Positions 36,391 through 49,544 are shown, numbered from the stretch's first letter. The stretch is DNA of 64,000 nt from Blepharisma stoltei ATCC 30299 (GCA_965603825.1 CBFDEM010000060.1:186001-250000); one strand, 5' to 3'. Notes: generated by a model from the letters alone, not told the origin. A program made the numbers and translations.

Positions 36391-36728
36391 AATTATATTA
36401 TATATGCTTTTTAGAATATATAATTTGTTGAATAAATTCACTATTTTTTGCAACTATCAATAATTTAATGTCCAGAAGAATTCTGATAGTATTTATAGTA
36501 TTATTGATGATAAAATTCCAACTTAAGAGATTATATGTATTAATACTAAAAGATTACGCATCCCAATCCTCAATAAACAATAGAGAAATAATTAATTTTT
36601 GTCTATAATAAACAAAATTTATTAGCTACAGTTTTATTAGCAATATTGGTTTATTTGTTTACTAACAATATTTTAGCTTATAGAGGACATTTTGAACAAT
36701 ACCTTCAAAATATTCTTGGCATTTCTTC

Positions 36729-37634
36729 TTAATTTTTAAGAATCTTAAAAAACTCATCAAATGTAATATACTCTCTTCGCTTCCCTGATAATGCTTTCGC
36801 TTTCTCTAGCGTTCAATCAGCGAGCTTCAATTTTTCCGAGCTTTTCTTCTTTTTTTTTAAAGCCATGCTCATCACGTTTTGCAGCTGTGGCCGCCCAAGC
36901 TCTCCTTCATTAAAAATCTCTACCATTTTGAAAAAAACTGTTTAGAAATTACACAGCAATTTCTGCATTGTCAACTTTCTTTTGATATCATGGCCAGGCT
37001 CTTTATAAAAAAATGACGATTTATCAAACACTGCCTGCTGAAGCGCTTCGAGTGAATGGACAAAATTTCTCAAATCCACCCACTCTCTGCCTTTAAGAGG
37101 CGCTAATAAGACATTCAAAAGATGATGAGTAGTAATATAGCAATCCAAAAAGTGCTGTATAACATTAGATATATGCACTTCAGGGTTATTTTTATAAATT
37201 CTTGACCCTTGCAGTGGCTTATGTGTGAAATAAAGATGAAAGAAGTTTTGCCTGATTATTTCATATTCTTCATTTGTGTCTGATTATAATTTACATGTCT
37301 TATTTCTACCAAACCATTGATCTTCTATTGAGGTAAAACTTCTAATTGAAGTGAATTGCTTTGAGTGCATAGTTGTTGATGGCTCAATTATGAAAGACTC
37401 AGCATCTTCTTTTTCGCATAAAGTTGACGCAGAGCTAGGAGAAAATTGAACATAATCGTTGGTTTTGGAATCACGGAAAATTTTGAGAGTCAATTGTAGT
37501 GCTTTTCGCCTTGGAGGAGATTTCCGTTTGAAAGCAGCATATTTCCGAACGATATTTGAGAGGAATAACACTTTTATTGTTACATCTCTTTGATCTTCTA
37601 TGATCATATTATATTGTTCCCTTTCGTGTTCCAT
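36729..37634 (-). CDS. Hypothetical protein with degenerate EF-hand-like C-terminus, two introns
   Basis: Exons 37295-37634, 36953-37279 and 36729-36937 join in frame (291 aa); ends YITFDEFFKILKN. Confidence 0.7.
36938..36952 (-). other. 15-nt intron
   Basis: GTAATTTCTAAACAG. Confidence 0.8.
37280..37294 (-). other. 15-nt intron
   Basis: GTAAATTATAATCAG. Confidence 0.8.
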
Positions 37635-37963
37635 AATTGCCACTATTGGAGACCAAATTAAAATTATTTATAAGAAAGAATTTAAATTTTTTTATGCTTT
37701 AATATTAAAAATATTGATAAGTGACAAAATTTCTAAAACTGGGATCTATAACTTAAAAATTATGATCAAAAATTTCATTTATTTTCTTAAATATTTATTA
37801 GATGACTGAAATTCTTTATCTCTTCATAGATTAGTTTACTCCTGGTAGCTTTTGAAATTTTTAATCGCAATATTTTCAGTAAGTTGAGCTAATTTTTCAA
37901 TTTATAAGCAGAGCTTGAGCTTTTAGGAATTCTTGAAGCCATTTATAATTAGAGTGGCTGAAA

Positions 37964-38347
37964 ATGGAAGACACTGCATTTGAGAAAGGCAAAGGAAAGG
38001 GAGTAGAAAGTGAATCAAAGCCTCAAAAAATCAGATTCACTCTGACTTCCACAAAGCTACAAGTTTTGGAAAATAGTAACCAATAATTAGTGACATCCAA
38101 GCTCATTTCATCCGCTAAGAAAGAAAATCTCAAGACCTACGGCCCAGTGAGACTCCCAACAAAAATATTACGTATAACAGTCAGAAAAAGCCCTTGTGGA
38201 AACGGAACATCTACATTTGATAGACTTGAAATGAGAATCCATAAGCGAGTTGTCACCTTGATCTGCCCAACTGATTTCATTAAGAAGGTGACTGATTTCA
38301 ACATTGACCCTGGCGTAGAAGTCGAGCTACATTTCACAGAGTTCTAA
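37964..38347 (+). CDS. RPS20: 40S ribosomal protein S20 (uS10), one intron
   Basis: KIRFTLTS..LEN|, GPVRLPTK.LRITVRKSPCGNG..TFDR.EMRIHKR, IDPGVEVE. Confidence 0.95.
38076..38090 (+). other. 15-nt intron
   Basis: GTAACCAATAATTAG; removal restores RPS20. Confidence 0.92.
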
Positions 38348-38384
38348 GTAATCCAATCTAGTTACCTAAAAGATATAATTAAAT

Positions 38385-38636
38385 ATGGGAAAACGAAAAA
38401 GCTCGAGTAAGATCACGAAAGCCCCCAGACCAAAGCTTGACAGAATTTTTGACTGCCCGTTTTGCAATCACAGCAAAACTGTTGAGGTTCTCTTTCAAAA
38501 AACGCTTGGAAAAGCAAGCATAAGCTGTAGAGTATGTGCGGCTACTTGGGATACAAAGGTTACAGCGCTTAGTGAGGCTATTGATGTGTATAGCGATTGG
38601 ATTGATGAATGTGCAAGAAGGAATCCTAAAGAATAA
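38385..38636 (+). CDS. ELF1: Transcription elongation factor ELF1/ELOF1
   Basis: MGKRKS, FDCPFCNH, CRVC, LSEAIDVYSDWIDEC. Confidence 0.95.
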   Translation: MGKRKSSSKITKAPRPKLDRIFDCPFCNHSKTVEVLFQKTLGKASISCRVCAATWDTKVTALSEAIDVYSDWIDECARRNPKE

Positions 38637-39304
38637 TTAGCAAATTACAATAAAAATCGAAAATTTTAGTAAATTTAGAAATAAGCACACATATTTGATA
38701 TCATCATTTTGCGCTTTTTGAGGGATTATTATGCGCGAATTCTTTATGAAATTGCAGCATTGAAGTATCTGACTAGAGTATTGATATTAATGGCCGCACT
38801 TAATAAAAAATCTAAGATTTCTTATCTTTCTAATTCAATAGCAAAATAATTTATTTTAAAAACCAGTTATTTGCCTATTAAGAGCAATCAAATGGTGTGA
38901 TTGTTTTTTTTATTCCAAAATACACTTTTAAATCTTCTAAAGAAAACTTTGAGATTTTGCTTCTGTTCTTTATATTTTACTCAATAATTTTTTTAATCTA
39001 CATTAAATTATAATTTTAGTAAATCTAATACTAATTATACCCCAATTACCAAAGAAAAAATAAGAGTTTGCTATGACTGAAGCAAGCAAAAAGCCACTCT
39101 TACTCATCTTTATAAATTGAATTAATGAATTATATGATTATTTCTTATATATTAATATCTAACGATTTTTAGAGTTTTCCATGCTCTACAGATCTACGAA
39201 ATTCATAACCATTTTTCAAATTTAATAAATTAAGAAATCACAATATTCAAGCAAATGATTATTTTTATCTATATTAAATATGAACCACATAGAACAATTA
39301 TAAT

Positions 39305-39742
39305 ATGAATCAGCTAACTTTTAAAGGTGGCAACTCCAGACCATTCTTTGAAAGCAGGATTGCCGAGCAGAATTCAAATTTAATAACTGAGTCGCGCCGA
39401 TTGCTTCGCCAAATTCAAAAGCTTGCAACAATATCTCCATTAAAAAGCAAGTCCATCAGAAATTTACGAAAGCAGGAGCAGTTAAATCAAGATAGCTCTT
39501 TCGGTGAGTCCAAATCGAAGAGAACAAGTAAATCCCCATTATTGGCGACTTCAACACTGCCAAAGTCACCATTCACTAAAGAGTTTAAAGCTCCAGAAAA
39601 TAAAATGAAGCCATTCTTATTGTCATATGCTGAATATGTTAAGAAGAAGTATAGAAGAAAATTCGTTGCAGAAAATTTCATAGATGATTGTTTTCTGCCA
39701 CCAATTATAGAAAATCGAAAGCTTATGATACAGGATAGCTAG
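39305..39742 (+). CDS. Hypothetical basic protein
   Basis: Intact 145-aa ORF. Confidence 0.65.
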   Translation: MNQLTFKGGNSRPFFESRIAEQNSNLITESRRLLRQIQKLATISPLKSKSIRNLRKQEQLNQDSSFGESKSKRTSKSPLLATSTLPKSPFTKEFKAPENKMKPFLLSYAEYVKKKYRRKFVAENFIDDCFLPPIIENRKLMIQDS

Positions 39743-40021
39743 GTCCTGTATTTAGAAAAATAAAATAATTAAATGATTTAATTATTTTAATTAAGAAAAA
39801 TCACAATATGAATCATTTCATTGAAATATCACTATAAATATATAAAATCTCTTTGCTGGTCTTCTCACTATCATTATCACTTTTTTTCATTTAAAGAATA
39901 CTTTTTACTATAAATCCTATAGATGATTCGCAGAAGACAGCGATAAATAATATTATAATTTACATAAAGATATAAAAGTAAATAATAATTTTTTATTTTA
40001 TTCTGCTTCAAAAATACGCAA

Positions 40022-41305
40022 ATGGAAATATCATTACCAATCATCCCACACAAACTTATATGGGCCAGCTCTCAAAAAGTTCCTCGTGGAAATGTGATTA
40101 ATTCAGAAGCAGTAGCCTCTATTTAGATGTTTCAATATGAACCAATTTATTCTGATTTTGGACCCATTGATCTCGGTCAAACATTTGCATTTTGTAAAAC
40201 CGTTGAAAGCATGCTAAGAGAAGAAGGCGAAGTTACACAATATTGTTCAACCAATGCTTACTCTAGATCTAATGCTGCCTACTTAATGGGCGCATTTCAG
40301 ATTATCGTTTTACGGAAAAATCCCGAGCAGGCCTGGCGTCCATTTCAGCAGCTTCCAATGCCATTTATTACATTCCGCGACGCCAGCCCAGGGGCATGTT
40401 CTTACAAATGCACTATCCTCCACTGTTTATGTGCAATCTACAAAGCAATCCAGCTAGAATGATTCAGCTATGACTCTTTTGACGTAAGTTCCTACAATAA
40501 TTATTCTCAAATGGAAAATGGCGATATCAATTGAATTATCCCTGGAAAACTCATGGCATTTAGCAGCCCAAGCTTGCAGCCACGAGATGAAGAAGGCTAC
40601 AGGACTTTTACTCCAGAAGATTATGTCCCACATTTCTTAAACTTTGGAGTTAAAACCGTTATAAAGCTAGATGGGACAGATTATGATCCTTCAAGATTTA
40701 AAAGAAATAGAATCGAGCACATTGATTTAAGTTTTAGGCATATGAATTTGCCTCCTCAAAATATATATTTGGCTTTTATAGAAGCAGTTGAAGAAAGAAA
40801 TGACGCAATTGCGGTCCATTGCAAGTCAGGATTAGGAAAAACAGGGATGATGATAGGACTGTACGCAATGAAGCATTATGATATTACTGCACAAGAGTTT
40901 ATTGCTTGATGCAGAATATGTAGGCCTGGAAGTATTATTGGTCCTCAGCAGGATTTTTTGATTGATATGGAAGCTAGATGCAAAAATATGAAAAAGAAGC
41001 AAGACTTGTTAAGTGTTAACACTCCGAAGCACTATAATGATAGGAGGAGATTTAGTTCGACTTCGCCTGCTAAGATCAAAGGCTACACATTTTCAAGCTT
41101 GGCTGTGACGACACTTAATACTCCTTATCATAAAAAAAGTTCTGCAAGCACAACCCCTGCAAAGTGGCAAAATTCACTATCCCCTTCCCCATCTGCATTC
41201 AGAGGCAGTTTAACACCTATCCTGCCATCTCCATCCCCATTTAGTTACTCAAAATACTATGCCCCATACCTCAACAAAATTAAAACCAACTATAATATAG
41301 TGTAA
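40022..41305 (+). CDS. CDC14: Cdc14-family phosphatase-like protein (probable pseudophosphatase), one intron
   Basis: YEPIYSDFGP, RSNAAYL, FRDAS, ENGDIN[W]IIPGK, AVHCKSGLGKTG, IA[W]CRICRPGSIIGPQQ; intron 40112-40126; three TGA. Confidence 0.88.
40112..40126 (+). other. 15-nt intron
   Basis: GTAGCCTCTATTTAG. Confidence 0.85.
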
Positions 41306-41338
41306 ATAAATTAATGTTTTTTTCATAAATAGCTTAAA

Positions 41339-44059
41339 TTATTCAGACTGGGCAAGTTCAATTTCTTTAATCTGTGGCTTGTCATCTATACGATACTCTA
41401 TAAGTTTTGTGTATTTTCTCTTGAACTTGCAGAAGCATAAGCATAAAACTATTGATACGATGACTAAAACTCCTAAAAATATAAGCCCTACTATGACTTG
41501 CCAAGTCTGGATTAAATCTTCATTGACGCTGCATTTTTCCTCCCAGCTTTTATATGATGTCCCATTTGCAACGACACAGTCGGGCGATTCATAGAGCTGT
41601 ACAGTCCTTTTTCCATTGTCACAATAGCTTCTTTTTTCTATCATCATTGCTGACGTACATATTTTGCAAGCGCGAATTGTTTTCCATCTAAAAGCATACA
41701 CACAATCAATTTGGCCTTGGAAAACAGGCCAGCCTTCTGATTCTGTTTTGTCACAGATAAAGTTAATCTGACTAATAAATCGCTTATTGAGGCCGGCTTT
41801 GCATTTTGAGCCTGCACCATAACTGATGACAAAGCCTGTAGGGGTTTCTTGAATTGATGTCAATCTTGATCCTACATTCACTACAGCCATGCTATAATCT
41901 TTTACACATTCAGCAGAAGGCTGGGTTGGGTCGTTTTCTATATACGGGATTTGCGATTTATTGATAATTCCAAATGCGTACCCTTTTCTCATAAAATCAT
42001 AATTTGAGTAAGTAGGAAGAGAAAAATTGGAAGGATTGACAACTGATAAGTAAAAATAGTCTTCATTAGCCATAACTGGCCCATAGAAAGTGTCATGACA
42101 ATAAAGCTTCATGCTTTCGTCATTGCAGTAATGAGATTGGTTACCTTCGTTCATTCCTTGAATTCCTGTAAGTGGAGATATATAATAGGTGCCGTTTTTT
42201 AGGATTAGGTAGTCAGAAATTATGCAAGCGGTGTGGTTTTGATTAACAATGGAATATTCTGGACAAGCAGTGCAACTTTGGCCGGGCAAATCAGAAAAAG
42301 TTCCCTTTGGACACTCAACACAGCTTATATGGGAATCATCAGAAGTTGTTCCAGCTGGACATGGGGTGCATTCATCACTATTTGCAACAGAAATATGGCC
42401 TGCAGGACATTGAACACATGTAGGAGCCCCACCTTCTTTGCTTCCAGTAATTTCAATGCTATAGATTTTGCATTCATCTTTAGGGTCACTAATTCCTACA
42501 GAGTAATGCCGATAGTCCCATTTGAGAGATTTTATGCCTTTAGTAAGTGGAAACGAATAATTATAAAACCCTTCAGAATTTTGATGGTAGCTTCCTTTCA
42601 AAATCCCGTCAATAAAAAATAGCAGTCTTGTTTCATAGGAAATTACATTTTTCATTGAAAAATTGAATGACACATAGGCATCATTTTCTGTAATAGTAAC
42701 TCTTCTTACCAATACAATATTTGAGTTAAAGTCTGCGCTATCACCAGAGCTAATATGAGTCCCTCTAGCTTCCCAGCCTGAGCTTAAGCTGCATTTATTG
42801 GAATTTGAAGGTATGCAATGATTTTCAAATTCTGCAGGAATAGTGCTCCAATGAGTGAAATTCAAGACTTTAGGAGCGTAAAACCCAGCTTGGCAATCTA
42901 CGCATTGATTTTCAGCTTGTGTCTCAGTCATTGATGTACCTGTTGGACATGGTTCACATTCTGTTTCTAACGTGTCTTGATTCATAATTTTATGATAATA
43001 TCCTGCATTACAAGTTTCGCATGGAATGCCGTTTTCGTCATCCGGCAGCACAAGTGTGTTGTTATTGCATATCATTGGGCAGTTCCAAGAATAAACTTTG
43101 CTTCTTGATCCATTTATGCATGAGCTGAATTTCCAAGAATAGTCATTTGCGGTGCACTCTTTTCTTTGCCTGCAGTCACTTCAAGATGTGCTTCCTGGAA
43201 GTGAATAAAAGCCATCAGGGCAAGGTGAGCATTTTTCGCTAGCATTAGTTGAATAATAAGTGTTCATTCCACAGACATCACATTCATCAGATCCTGGATT
43301 GCTGAACCCTGAAGGGCAAGGAGAGCAGAAATGAGAAGCATTCTGAATGCCACGGATCTCAAAATACTTGATCTCAGCTTGGTTTTCTTCATTAGTAGAA
43401 TACTTATCATAAGTAAATGCAATATTATGAAGGCCAGGCGTCAGGTCTAAAGTCACAGTTTTCCATCCAATCTGCGAAATATCATTATCTCTGTATGCTT
43501 GATTATCATCTATATATACGTGAAACTGTCCGTTTGTCGAGTTATTGTGCATGCTTATATCTTTTCTATAGGTGAACTTCACGGTCCCATTTTTTACTAA
43601 AAATGCATGATAAACCAAGCTTGATTCGAACCAAGTGTCTTCATTGGCTGATCCAGAGGATATTTTGTTACCGTCAAGTGAAGACCATGGGCTGCAATTT
43701 GAGTTTAGCTCCCAGTTATAATACCCCATCGTCCAGCAATAGGTGCTAAAAGATAAATAATAATCAATTCAATCTTTTTCGTCGCCTGAAAACCTTTCTC
43801 CGCCCCCGATGCTATAAGTATTTGCTGGGCAGGTAGCGCAAATTGGGGCATATGAGGTCAAGTTAACATCTAAAAATGTCCCCGCTGGACAATTTACTGC
43901 ACATGATATATTTGTGATTGGTTTTGGGATTTCTTCTGTGCTATTACATTTGCCGTTTGGGTAGAATATTGCTGTGCGTGTGTTGTCTTCTTCACAATCA
44001 GTAAACGCATGATCAAAACAATCAAGTCCATATGCTACACTAAGAAAAAGTCATAGCAT
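41339..44059 (-). CDS. ELAPOR/KIAA1324-like type I membrane protein (906 aa)
   Basis: Signal peptide ML[W]LFLSVAYG, CPAGT Cys repeats, G..C....I.F.C..CVY.F.W.T..AC (M6P-receptor-like) domain, C-terminal TM plus KYTKL; single frame with TGA=Trp. Confidence 0.8.
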
Positions 44060-44241
44060 TTTAAATATTATATTTGTAAATAGATAGATAGTATTTCGTT
44101 TATTGTTTAAGCTTTAGAATGAAAATATAAGTTTTCGATTGTTTAAGGAATTTTAGTTCACAGTTTTAGAAAGATATTACTTGGTATGAATTGTTTCTAT
44201 ATTTTCGCGTTAATTGAATTTTCCTTAAAGTTATTGGTTTG

Positions 44242-45945
44242 TTAATTTAACTCTTCATTTTTAGAGTCTTCAATTATTTCTTTTTCTACCCCACTTTCTG
44301 CATTTTGTATTACATTTGGCTCCTCTTCTACATTGGTTTCCAAACTCATCTCCTGACTTACTGTATTTTGCTCACCAGCTTCAGCAATTCCTTCCTTACT
44401 TTCTTCATTCTCCTTTCCAGCCCCCTCATTAGTATTTTCTGTTTCACTCGATGTTTTTTCCTTATTTTCATTACTTTCCTCATCAATTTTCACATTCTTT
44501 ACTCCCGCAGTTATTTCAGTCTCCAAAATTTCATTGACCATATTTTCATCATACTCGTCTTCATCATTATCATTTAATTCTCTTTCCAGCTGCTGCAATA
44601 GCTCATTAATCCCTTCTGTCCTTTTTTCCTTTATTTCTTCTTCACTTGGCCATTTTTCTCCATAATCTTCAATATGGATTTTCTCTTCTACTTCATGAAT
44701 TTTTTCTTCTGTTGGCCACTTATCTCCAGAGTCCTCAAAAGTCGTTTTAGTTTCTTCAGTCGTTTTCTCATTAATCACTTCTGACGATGGCCATTTATCT
44801 CCAAAATTCTCTGGTGCGCTTTGCAGTTCCACGGGCTCATCTTTGACTCTTGGTCTTTTCCCTGATTTGGTTTCTTCAGCTTTTGGCTCCGGGGAGTTTA
44901 AAATTGCTAGGACTTTTTCATTGGAAAATAATTTTTGGAGCTTTTGTATGTATTCTTCAAATTTTTCATCGCTCAAGGCTGAATAATATTCAATAGCTTT
45001 TTGATAATAATCTATTAGAGCATGCACGTTTTTATAGTTCATAACAACAGCTGTTTCTTTTTCTAAGTTTGCAATTGCTTTTAATATGTCTTTGATTTTA
45101 ATTTTCTTCAGGCTGCTGGCGTTGACTTCTTCTTCCTTTATTTTTGGGACTTCTTGGACGACATGTCTTTTTACGCTGCCTCCAAGTTTTTTGAGGTTTT
45201 CAGAAATAACTTCAATGAGGGCGTCATGGTCTTTAACTTTGAACTGCTGAGCGAGCTGGGGGTTATTATTAATTGGTTTCCATTCAAAAATTAGTCTATC
45301 GGGATCTGATCGTCCTTTTTTAACAGCTGAAAGAAGCTGCAAGGAACTCCAACACACTAAGTGTCCAACTCCTTCGTAGAGTGAATTTAATTCAAGCTGC
45401 AATATATGGGTATGTGTAATAACCAACGCTCGGTCTCTTGTAAATTTCGGATTTTGTGGGTCAAGCTCGATACATCTGAAACATTTCATATCTCGTTTAT
45501 TGTCCCAAGAATCCAATGACATTGCGGTCCCAAGCTTAAAACTTCCAGGCCTTATGCTTGGATTGTGGGCTAATTCTGAAATAAATGATTTTAAGCAGTT
45601 AATAATTTCAACAACAGTGGTATTAGGGGTTCATTGTTTTTTCAAGATATTGTCAAGCAAATCTCTTCCGTCTGAAATTGAAGGGTAGCCGTAAATAGTT
45701 TCACATGTTATTCTCGGAGGCTGAAATGGATATTTTCCTTCTAAGTGAATTTTAAAGCTTATGGAAGTTGATGATCCAATGGTATTCTTAAAGTCAACTT
45801 GAATAGCCAATCCAAACTTTGTGCTGTTTCTAGTCAATGTAAGTCCGCTTATACTTGGTTCTAAAAGGCTGTTTTCTAACTAAAATATACCTTTTTCAAT
45901 TCTCTTCTGTTGCAACTCCTCAGTGTATTCTTCCAAAGCTATCAT
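44242..45945 (-). CDS. UBC/UEV-like fold protein with PH-like middle and acidic tail, one intron
   Basis: YPFQPPRI..YPSISDGRDLL..ILKKQ[W]TP; intron 45876-45890; GDKWP repeats in the tail. Confidence 0.75.
45876..45890 (-). other. 15-nt intron
   Basis: GTATATTTTAGTTAG. Confidence 0.8.
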
Positions 45946-46855
45946 TAACTTTATATTAAATAATTTTATTTTGGTAAATTACATGATAAAACTGTAAAAA
46001 AAAGTTGCTATAAAGTAGCTTATACTTTTCTTCTAATGACGATTCTAATTTTCATAAATAAAATTGTTAACTATCGAAAAGATATTATTTACCATGGAAA
46101 AGGAAGTTTATTTTCATGAATCATTTGCATCCATTTGGCCTTCCTGCACTATTAGCATCTTACTCAATTAATCCTTTACTCTGCCTTCTAGATGCATCCA
46201 ACCTCAATCATATATGCAAACCATTTCAGGCAGTCTAGTCTAGATCAATTATCATGTCATCCCTATCAACTCCTTGCTAATGCTGCATTTCTTTTGATTC
46301 TGAAGAATATTCAACGAATTGCTAGGCTTTATAGAGATGAAGAGTTCTATTTAAATTTAAAAGTTCAAAGAAAACAGCCGTTGGAAGAGGACTATAAAAG
46401 AAATATTGCAAATGCTCTTGCAATGAGTGAAATAGCTGAAAGTGGAATTGGATGATGAAGACGATGCAGCACTGAGTTTTCTTTAGGGAAAAAGCTGAAA
46501 TCTTAATTGTTGAAGAGAGTGATGATAATTAGGTAAAAGCTAAGAGAATAGGAAGATAGAGTTGGATGAGAATAGGCCTTATCAAAGTAAATGAATATAA
46601 TAAAGAAATCAGAAAAAAGGGAAATAATTTATCAAGATTCAGATGAGATAAGACACCTAAAAAGGGAAAAAAGCACAGAAAGAATTGAATGAATGAGAAG
46701 AATAGGAAGAGTTGGTGGAGGAATAAAAGCAGCTAAATTAAGATGTTATGAAATTTGTGAATAATAAAGAAATCCTATGAAAATTATTGGTCTTATGAAT
46801 AAGAAAGGAAATAATCGCTGAAATAAATAAAAATTATCGAATTGATAATAATCAA

Positions 46856-47356
46856 CTAACTAATAGTTGTACGCATAGTCTTTTTCATGTCTCCACTTCC
46901 AGATTTAGGTGATGAATCCCCAAAAGATTTTTTTGGTTCACTAAGCCGTTTGGATAACTCTTCCTGATATGAAACTTCTTTATTTTTACTTCTAAATCAG
47001 CTGTTTTGAGTTTTTACAAGCACTTCTTTTCGCTCATAGGAAGGGCGTGGTGAATAAGTTCTTAAAGCTGTATAAAAGCTATGCTTGTCATATGATGAAA
47101 ATAAACCTCCATGATTGCAGCCAATATATGTGTCCCTTCCTGTCCCGTCATGAGTGTACTTTAGGGGTTTTGCATCTAGTCTAGGACTAGTTGGAGAAAA
47201 TTGACGCTTAACAGTTCTTTGAGGCTCAAATAGCCGAAGAGGACTTCCTCCTTTGAAAACTCCTCCGTTGTTTGTTTGGATATAAGTGTCTCTTCCTCGC
47301 CCATCAGGTGAGTAATGAGTTGTTCTGAATGGTTGAGTTCTATAGAGAGAGCTCAT
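46856..47356 (-). CDS. Protein with two DGxGRDTYI..NxGG repeats (possibly cilia/microtubule-associated)
   Basis: ORF 46997..47356 reads through TGA to TAG at 46856-46858; two internal motif copies. Confidence 0.8.
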
Positions 47357-48049
47357 TTTATTAGTAATTTATATATTTGCCATCAAAAGGCTTTATTAGT
47401 GTGCCATTTAAGGAATGCAATAAAATAATTTTAATAATTTTTAGTAAGGGATTATATTTTTTTAAGAATAACTGAACTGATTGATAATAAATAATAAATG
47501 CTTTCTATGGAGTCTTCTAAAGAAAAGCTTAAATTTTTATTAATTTCTTATTTAGATTTTGCCAATTTAGATTTGGCAATTGAAATATTGCTTAGTAATA
47601 TTTAAATAATTATTTTAAAGCCCTTTCTGATGTTTAGATATTTTCAGAGAACCTTGTAACTAGGGATAATGAATATTATTTGAGATTTATAAATTTTATT
47701 TGTTAAAATGGGTGAGCATGCTGTTAACTTGAGGTAACTACAAGATATTTTTCTAAAAGTAGCTGTACATTTATTCTTCAATATACTTCTTATTGTGATT
47801 GCAAAAATAATTTAAAGCTGCTTTATAGTGAAAAAAATTACCTTAAAAGGATAAATTAAACATTTTGCCTATTAGGTTAACTGTTTTACAAAATGAATTA
47901 AAGTCAAATTTTATTCTACATAGCTCTTTTTTAAATCAATCGAAGAGCCTTTCTACTTTTCTTTAAAATCGAGTCCTATTCATTGATTAACATAAAAGAG
48001 CAATTAATTAGATAAATTGTTTATTTTGATTTCTAAGATAGAAACAATT

Positions 48050-49210
48050 ATATGGTATGGATGCAATATGCTTTGATGCCATTAAATATGTAAAAAGAGA
48101 ATATATGCTCTTATGAAAGAGCTCAATAACTGTATTCTAAGAGGAAAAAATTGCATTGATAATTGAAGCTCGGGACGTTATATCTTCCTAGTCTGTTAAT
48201 TTAACAACCATGAAGAAATCGAAGCAGGTGGGGGAGCAACAAATGAAATTTGATAGTTTTCGCCCTACAAAATAGCACTTTGAAAGAAGCAGTTCTAAGC
48301 CGCTTAAAAGGAAAGTAGTGCTTATGTGTGTATTACAACCTGTTTGCATAATATATAAAAGCCAAATCTTCAGTCTTAGAGAATGCTAGCTTTTAATAGC
48401 CAGAACTGAACAGATTCTTATGAAACATCCAAATTATGACCATGCCTAGGATTACTTCAAAAATGTAAATAATTGTTGCAAGCCTATGCGCCGATCAGCA
48501 GCATACATTATCGTCACTTAAGATTATATAAAATCAAACCTCAGGTACCCAAGGGTCTTAATTCTGTTCCACAATGCCTTGCCTCTTGTTCACCAGTCTT
48601 CACACAGTTTACGCTATGTGCTCCTTCAGATGAGGGTTTTAGTCTCTCTCTGAAGTAGAAAAGTTTTTGTAACATTGCAGCATACCAAGAGTTTTACTTT
48701 AAGAAAAAATTTAAAAAGTCGAATGAAACAGATCTATGAATTCAGCACATATAAAAATGTTAAAGCTCTAGTATCAGCAATTTTGAGCAGTAAAAAACTT
48801 ACTTAAGATATTAGCATTAAATAATACTAATATTTTTGCGTTTTGAAGACTACCCTAAATCCTTATATCCAAAAACAATTGATATTCGTTCAAAAAAGAA
48901 ATTCAACGAGAACTATTTCCTATTTCTATGCCAAGCCTCTATTCAAACTAGTAAATTTTCGAATCATAAACAGAAAAATAGCTATTTCAGTTGAAGGCTA
49001 TATTCAGTTTACTTATTATATATCGGAGACTCATTAGGCGAGTAAGAATATAGGTATAAGCTTAAGCAATTCTTAAGAATTTATAAGAAAATTCGAAACT
49101 GCTTGGCCTTCATGATAATAAAGAAATTAAATTGAGCATTCTAAAGATCAGAAGAATTAGATGGATAGTACAACCCTGGAGTTATAGAATATCATATAGA
49201 ATATTTTAAA
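48050..49210 (+). pseudogene. Degraded copy of the 3' (Kelch) half of gene 50891..52960
   Basis: Collinear matches such as TATATCTTCCT, GAAATCGAAG, AAGCCAAATCTTCA, TTCCTATTTCTATGCCAA, ACAGAAAAATAGCTATTT; many stops and indels. Confidence 0.8.
48455..48819. mobile_element. ~365-bp insertion bounded by ATTA direct repeats (IES-like or transposon relic)
   Basis: Intact gene reads GGATTAAATAATACT; pseudogene reads GGATTA[insert]ATTAAATAATACT; no terminal inverted repeat seen. Confidence 0.5.
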
Positions 49211-49544
49211 TAGTCACACAACACCCTATTTTTTACTCTTGCTATCTTTAATTAAAATAGAGTGAAAATACAATTTCTTACAAAGATAATGCAATATTTG
49301 TGCAAATTTAAAATTATTTTGTAAAAAAATATGTCGATTTATTGCGATAAAAAGGAGATTCTATTAAATACAAAAAAGTTATGAAAGCTTGCACTCAAAT
49401 AAAACTTTCCCCAATGATAAAAATTTTGCAATTCATAAGCTTCAATAAAGTCATTAATAAATAAATCAATTAAAAGCATTTCTATAATTAATAAAATGGA
49501 TATTAAAATATTTTAAATTTATAATTTCCTTTCAGTAGTTACTT

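Noticed and set aside
10691-38347. Functional clustering of translation genes or of proton/ammonium transport genes (V-ATPase e and f, H+-ATPase, Rh)
   Set aside because: Interspersed with unrelated genes on both strands and no shared motif seen; cannot be distinguished from chance.
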